DNA from: Longimicrobiales bacterium | GTDB lineage: Bacteria; Gemmatimonadota; Gemmatimonadetes; Longimicrobiales; Gaopeijiaceae | Reading direction: 5' to 3' | Assembly (NCBI GenBank): GCA_965116905.1 | Contig: OZ220732.1 | Span: forward strand, 2,528,001 to 2,592,000 | Length of the DNA stretch: 64,000 nt | Shown: piece by piece, positions 60,543 to 64,000 of the stretch | How positions within the stretch are numbered: the stretch's first letter is position 1 | Layout: each line of letters opens with the position of its first letter | Position numbers and translations under genes: made by a program | The notes under the pieces: model-generated | What the model saw: only the letters and a program-made list of their open reading frames with translations | The model's database searches: none | Told to the model about the DNA's origin: nothing

Positions 60543-61654
60543 GGCCGGAGATGGGGAACGCGGCGGCGGGTGGTGGCGCGGTCGGCGGCCTCTGCGGGCC
60601 GGGGCGCCTGGGCCGCATGGGGCGGCTTGCCGCCACGCTCCTGCCGGCTGAGCTCACCGTGCTTCTCGCGCTGTCGTTGGCCGAGGCCCAGGAACGCCCC
60701 CCGGAGGGCGACCGAGTCACCATTACCGGCACCGTCCTGGACGCGGTGACCAGGCAGCCCATCGAGGGGGTCAGCGCCGAATTCAGCGGAATGGGATACA
60801 TCGTCGAGACCGATGCCGCGGGCCGATTCACCCTGTCCAACATCCAGACGGGCGACTACCGCCTGGAGCTGTGGCACCCCGACTACCAGCCCGCCGTGGG
60901 CGACTTCACCATCATGCGTTCGGGCGAGTTCGAGACCTTCATGGAGCCGGTATTCCTGGGCCGGGACGAACTCATCACCGGAATCGTCGGCGTGGTAAGC
61001 GACATCCGCGGAGGCAGTCCCATCGACAGGGTGAGCGTCTCCGTCGAGCAGGGGCGCCGGGGCGCGTCGACGGACACGCGGGGCCGCTTTCTGCTCGACG
61101 ACCTCCTGCCCGGGTTGAAGTCGGTCAGGTTCAGTGCGCTCGGATACGTGACCCGCACCGAAATGATCGACGTCGAGGTGGATCGCGTGACCAACCTGCG
61201 GGTCTCCCTGTCGCCCGATCCGGTGGAGCTGGACCCGATCGAGGTCACGGTCGAGAGGCGCGAGATCGTCTTGCAGGATGTGGGCTTCTACACCCGCGAG
61301 GCCGAGGGCTTCGGCGCGTTCATCGATCGCGAAGAGATCGAAATGCGCGCGCCGGCTGAAATGACCGACCTCTTCACGAGGATCCCCGGCGCGGACTTGC
61401 GCGGCGACGCCTGGAACCCGCTGGAGAAGTACGTGATCCTGCGCGGAGGCCGGGCGGAGGGGTGCTTCCCGCGCATCGTGCTGGACGGCGTGGTCGTGGC
61501 CGGCGGAGGCGACGTACCGGCGGCGCTCGACCAGATGCTCGATCCGCAGTCGGTGGCGGGCGTAGAGGTCTATCCGTCGTCGACCGGCGTGCCGGTACAG
61601 TACGCGGGGACCGGGGCATCGTGCGGGCTGATCGTGATCTGGACGCGGCGATAG
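60539..61654 (+). CDS. Carboxypeptidase-regulatory domains plus TonB plug-like domain, no barrel
   Basis: ATGA overlap with the peptidase; two TDxxGRF domains; GVEVYP...CGLIVIWTRR ending. Confidence 0.8.
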   Translation: MRPEMGNAAAGGGAVGGLCGPGRLGRMGRLAATLLPAELTVLLALSLAEAQERPPEGDRVTITGTVLDAVTRQPIEGVSAEFSGMGYIVETDAAGRFTLSNIQTGDYRLELWHPDYQPAVGDFTIMRSGEFETFMEPVFLGRDELITGIVGVVSDIRGGSPIDRVSVSVEQGRRGASTDTRGRFLLDDLLPGLKSVRFSALGYVTRTEMIDVEVDRVTNLRVSLSPDPVELDPIEVTVERREIVLQDVGFYTREAEGFGAFIDREEIEMRAPAEMTDLFTRIPGADLRGDAWNPLEKYVILRGGRAEGCFPRIVLDGVVVAGGGDVPAALDQMLDPQSVAGVEVYPSSTGVPVQYAGTGASCGLIVIWTRR

Positions 61655-61718
61655 CGATAGGTGCGGCGATAGCGATAGGCGCGGCGATAGCGATGGGCGC
61701 GGCGATAGCGATGGACGC
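61640..61718. repeat. 18-bp tandem repeat, about 4.4 copies, spanning a stop codon
   Basis: Unit core GCGGCGATAGCGA: TGGACGCGGCGATAGCGA / TAGGTGCGGCGATAGCGA / TAGGCGCGGCGATAGCGA / TGGGCGCGGCGATAGCGA / TGGACGC. Confidence 0.95.
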
Positions 61719-61788
61719 TGCGGGAGGGCCGCAGCGGCCCTCCGGGACGACGGCCGGCCGCACCCACACAACGAAGGAGGGGACGAAG

Positions 61789-64000
61789 ATGAAGATTCAG
61801 CCGAGTATGCTGCTGCTTTCGGTGTTGGGGGCCACGGTGTTCGCCGTACCCGCAGTGCACGCGGACGCCCAGACGGTCGAGCAGAACGACAGCTCCGCGC
61901 AGGCCGCGCGGCGTGCGAATTCGCTACCGCTCATCACCTCGAGGACCCTCGACTTCACGACCGACGAGGGCACCTGGATCGACGTCGACCTGAGCCCGGA
62001 CGGCGAGACCATCGTCTTCGAACTGCTGGGCGACCTGTACACGCTGCCCATCACGGGCGGCACCGCGACCAGGATCACGAGCGGGCAGGGCTACGACATG
62101 CAGCCGCGCTACTCGACCGACGGCTCTGAAATCGTGTTCGTGAGCGACCGCGACGGTTCCGAGAACATCTGGGTGGCGAACGCCGACGGAAGCGACCCGC
62201 GCCAGCTGACGGACACCGAACGCGACAACTACATGTCGCCGGTCTGGACGCCGGACGGCGAATACGTGATGGCGAACAAGGGCACGCAGCTCTGGCTCTG
62301 GCACGAGGACGGAGGCACCGGGGTGCAGATCACGGGGCAGGGTGGGGAAGGCGGGCCGGGCGGCGGGCCGGGCTTCGGCGGCGGCACTCCCTCGCACACC
62401 GGCGCGGCCTTCGGGCCGGATCCGCGGTACGTGTGGGTGAATGTGCGGGGCAACCTCGGCGGCGGCTTTCCGGTGGGCGAGGCCGACGACCGCGGTCCAG
62501 GCGCCGGCGCCCCCGACCCCTACAACCTCGACCCGGACCCTCCCGGGCACTTCGGCGCGGCCGAACAGAGCTCGGCGCGCCAGGTCGGCGCCTTCCAGAT
62601 CGGGATGCTGGACCGGGAGACGGGGCGTGTCATGGTCCGCACCCACGAGCACGAGGGCGCCTTCCGGCCCATGCCGAGCCCGGACGGACGCTGGCTCGCG
62701 TACGCGACCCGTTACGACGCGCGCGAGGCGCTGAAGCTGCTCGACCTGACGACCGGCGAAGAGAGCTGGCTGGTGATGGACGTGCAGCGGGACGAGTCGC
62801 AGGGCGGGGGCATGCGCGACCGGGACGTCTATCCCGGCGGGGCGTGGACGCCGGACTCGGGCGCGCTGATCACCTTCTACGGCGGCAAGATCATGCGCGT
62901 CGAGGTGCCGTCGGGCGAGGCCTCGGAAGTCCCCTTCACGGCCCACATCCAGCAGGACATGGGTCCGCTCGTCAAGTTCGACTATCCCATCAACGACTCG
63001 GTGCTGACGATCTCCCAGATCCGCGGCGCGCGCCCTTCGCCGGACGGGGCCCGGCTCGTCTTCTCGGCGCTCGACCGTCTCTGGACCGCGTCCCTGCCGG
63101 ACCCGGCGGGCACCCAGACCGAGGGCTACCCGGTCATCCGGGACGCGCGCCGCCTCACCACCTCGACCGATGTGGAGCACGGCGCGGCCTGGTCGCCGGA
63201 CGGCCGCCACATCGCATACGTGACCTGGAACGACTCGGCCGGCGGCGATATCTGGCGCATCCGCGCGGACGGCGGCGGCGAACCCGAGCGGCTCACGCCC
63301 ACCTCCGCCTTCTTCGACCGGATCGCGTACAACGGCGACGGCTCGCGCATCCTGGCCGTGCGCGGCTCGAAGATGCACCGCATGCGCACGCTGGAGGACT
63401 TCGGCCGGCACCACCCCGCGGCCGAGCTCGAATACGTATGGCTGCCCGCGGACGGCGGCGAGCCCAGCCGGATCATGTGGGTGGGTTCGGGGGCGACGCA
63501 GGAGGGCCGCAACGCGCCCCACCCCGGCCCGGACCCCGACCGCATATACGTGTGGGCGGGCCAGGACGGCCTGCTCTCGGTCCGCTACGACGGCACCGAC
63601 ATCCGCACGATCGTCAAGGTCACCGCGCCCGCCCGCCCCGGGCCCGGCAGCCGCCCCGCGCCCGACGAGGTCGTCCTGTCGCCGGACGGCAGGCGCGCGG
63701 TGGTGCGCGCCAACCGCAACGTCTTCACGATCACGGTGCCGCCGACCGGGGGCGAGGCACCGACCGTCTCGGTGGCGGCCCGGTCGTCCGTGCCGACGCG
63801 GCGCCTCACGAAGGTCGGCGGCGATTTCGTGGGCTGGACCCCGGATGGAACGGCCGCGTACTACTCGATCGGGCGCAGCTTCTTCCTGCACGACATCGCG
63901 GTGAGCGACTCGCTCGTGGCCGATTCGGTCGCGGCCGCGCGCGCCGAGGCGCGGGAGGAGGCCGATGCGTCCGGGGAGGACGCCGCCGACGCCGCGGATG
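61789..64000 (+). CDS. Secreted PD40/TolB-like beta-propeller protein, probably amidohydrolase-fused (3'-truncated)
   Basis: Absent from the ORF track, presumably because it has no stop in the window. AAGGAGG RBS, MKIQPSMLLL signal, TDEGTWIDVDLSPDG..IVFELLGDLY..GG.A.RIT...QPRYS.DG..IVFVSDRDG. Confidence 0.85.
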   Translation, partial: MKIQPSMLLLSVLGATVFAVPAVHADAQTVEQNDSSAQAARRANSLPLITSRTLDFTTDEGTWIDVDLSPDGETIVFELLGDLYTLPITGGTATRITSGQGYDMQPRYSTDGSEIVFVSDRDGSENIWVANADGSDPRQLTDTERDNYMSPVWTPDGEYVMANKGTQLWLWHEDGGTGVQITGQGGEGGPGGGPGFGGGTPSHTGAAFGPDPRYVWVNVRGNLGGGFPVGEADDRGPGAGAPDPYNLDPDPPGHFGAAEQSSARQVGAFQIGMLDRETGRVMVRTHEHEGAFRPMPSPDGRWLAYATRYDAREALKLLDLTTGEESWLVMDVQRDESQGGGMRDRDVYPGGAWTPDSGALITFYGGKIMRVEVPSGEASEVPFTAHIQQDMGPLVKFDYPINDSVLTISQIRGARPSPDGARLVFSALDRLWTASLPDPAGTQTEGYPVIRDARRLTTSTDVEHGAAWSPDGRHIAYVTWNDSAGGDIWRIRADGGGEPERLTPTSAFFDRIAYNGDGSRILAVRGSKMHRMRTLEDFGRHHPAAELEYVWLPADGGEPSRIMWVGSGATQEGRNAPHPGPDPDRIYVWAGQDGLLSVRYDGTDIRTIVKVTAPARPGPGSRPAPDEVVLSPDGRRAVVRANRNVFTITVPPTGGEAPTVSVAARSSVPTRRLTKVGGDFVGWTPDGTAAYYSIGRSFFLHDIAVSDSLVADSVAAARAEAREEADASGEDAADAAD

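Noticed and set aside
61640..61718. Possible CRISPR array
   Set aside because: Contiguous 18-bp units with no unique spacers and no cas genes.
61924..63891. 655-aa minus-strand ORF
   Set aside because: Shadow of the real plus-strand PD40 gene starting at 61789.

Overview
High-GC bacterial DNA. The gene repertoire (carboxypeptidase-regulatory-domain proteins, TonB receptors, Big_2 and beta-propeller lipoproteins) suggests a Gemmatimonadota-like organism; this is inference only. All calls come from reading motifs by eye; no searches were run. (1) 1-13.2 kb is a defence island with no DNA methyltransferase in the window. It holds mcrB (5'-truncated)-mcrC, a stand-alone EcoRII N-terminal domain 7 bp upstream of an HNH nuclease, and a second HNH nuclease. 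A minus-strand run under a near-consensus sigma70 promoter encodes a phosphorothioate-reading SBD-HNH nuclease, a CBS-HEPN protein, a SNF2 helicase and an Hsp70/actin-fold ATPase, and faces a divergent XRE regulator plus a conserved unknown protein. The CBS-HEPN/SNF2/actin-fold trio is my best candidate for an undescribed system. (2) 13.2-28 kb: K+ channel, toxin-antitoxin remnants, TetR-sterol desaturase operon, serine hydrolase, two TonB receptors with an all-in-one kinase-receiver-OmpR protein, AAA ATPase, HAD hydrolase. (3) 28.5-40.5 kb: Ig-like lipoprotein, a metal-uptake locus (Fur/Zur, DUF3299, DUF2796, a CXXC/RAPP leader peptide before a ZnuD-like receptor), vapBC, M23 peptidase, an in-frame HicA-HicB fusion, and a propeller lipoprotein that appears to start at ATC. 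(4) 40.5-64 kb: metH-yitJ behind a SAM-II-like riboswitch, PLP decarboxylase, a GPP34-cytochrome P450 fusion/acyltransferase/RND operon, DAACS symporter, S9 peptidase and envelope proteins. No rRNA, tRNA, CRISPR array or intact transposase was seen.
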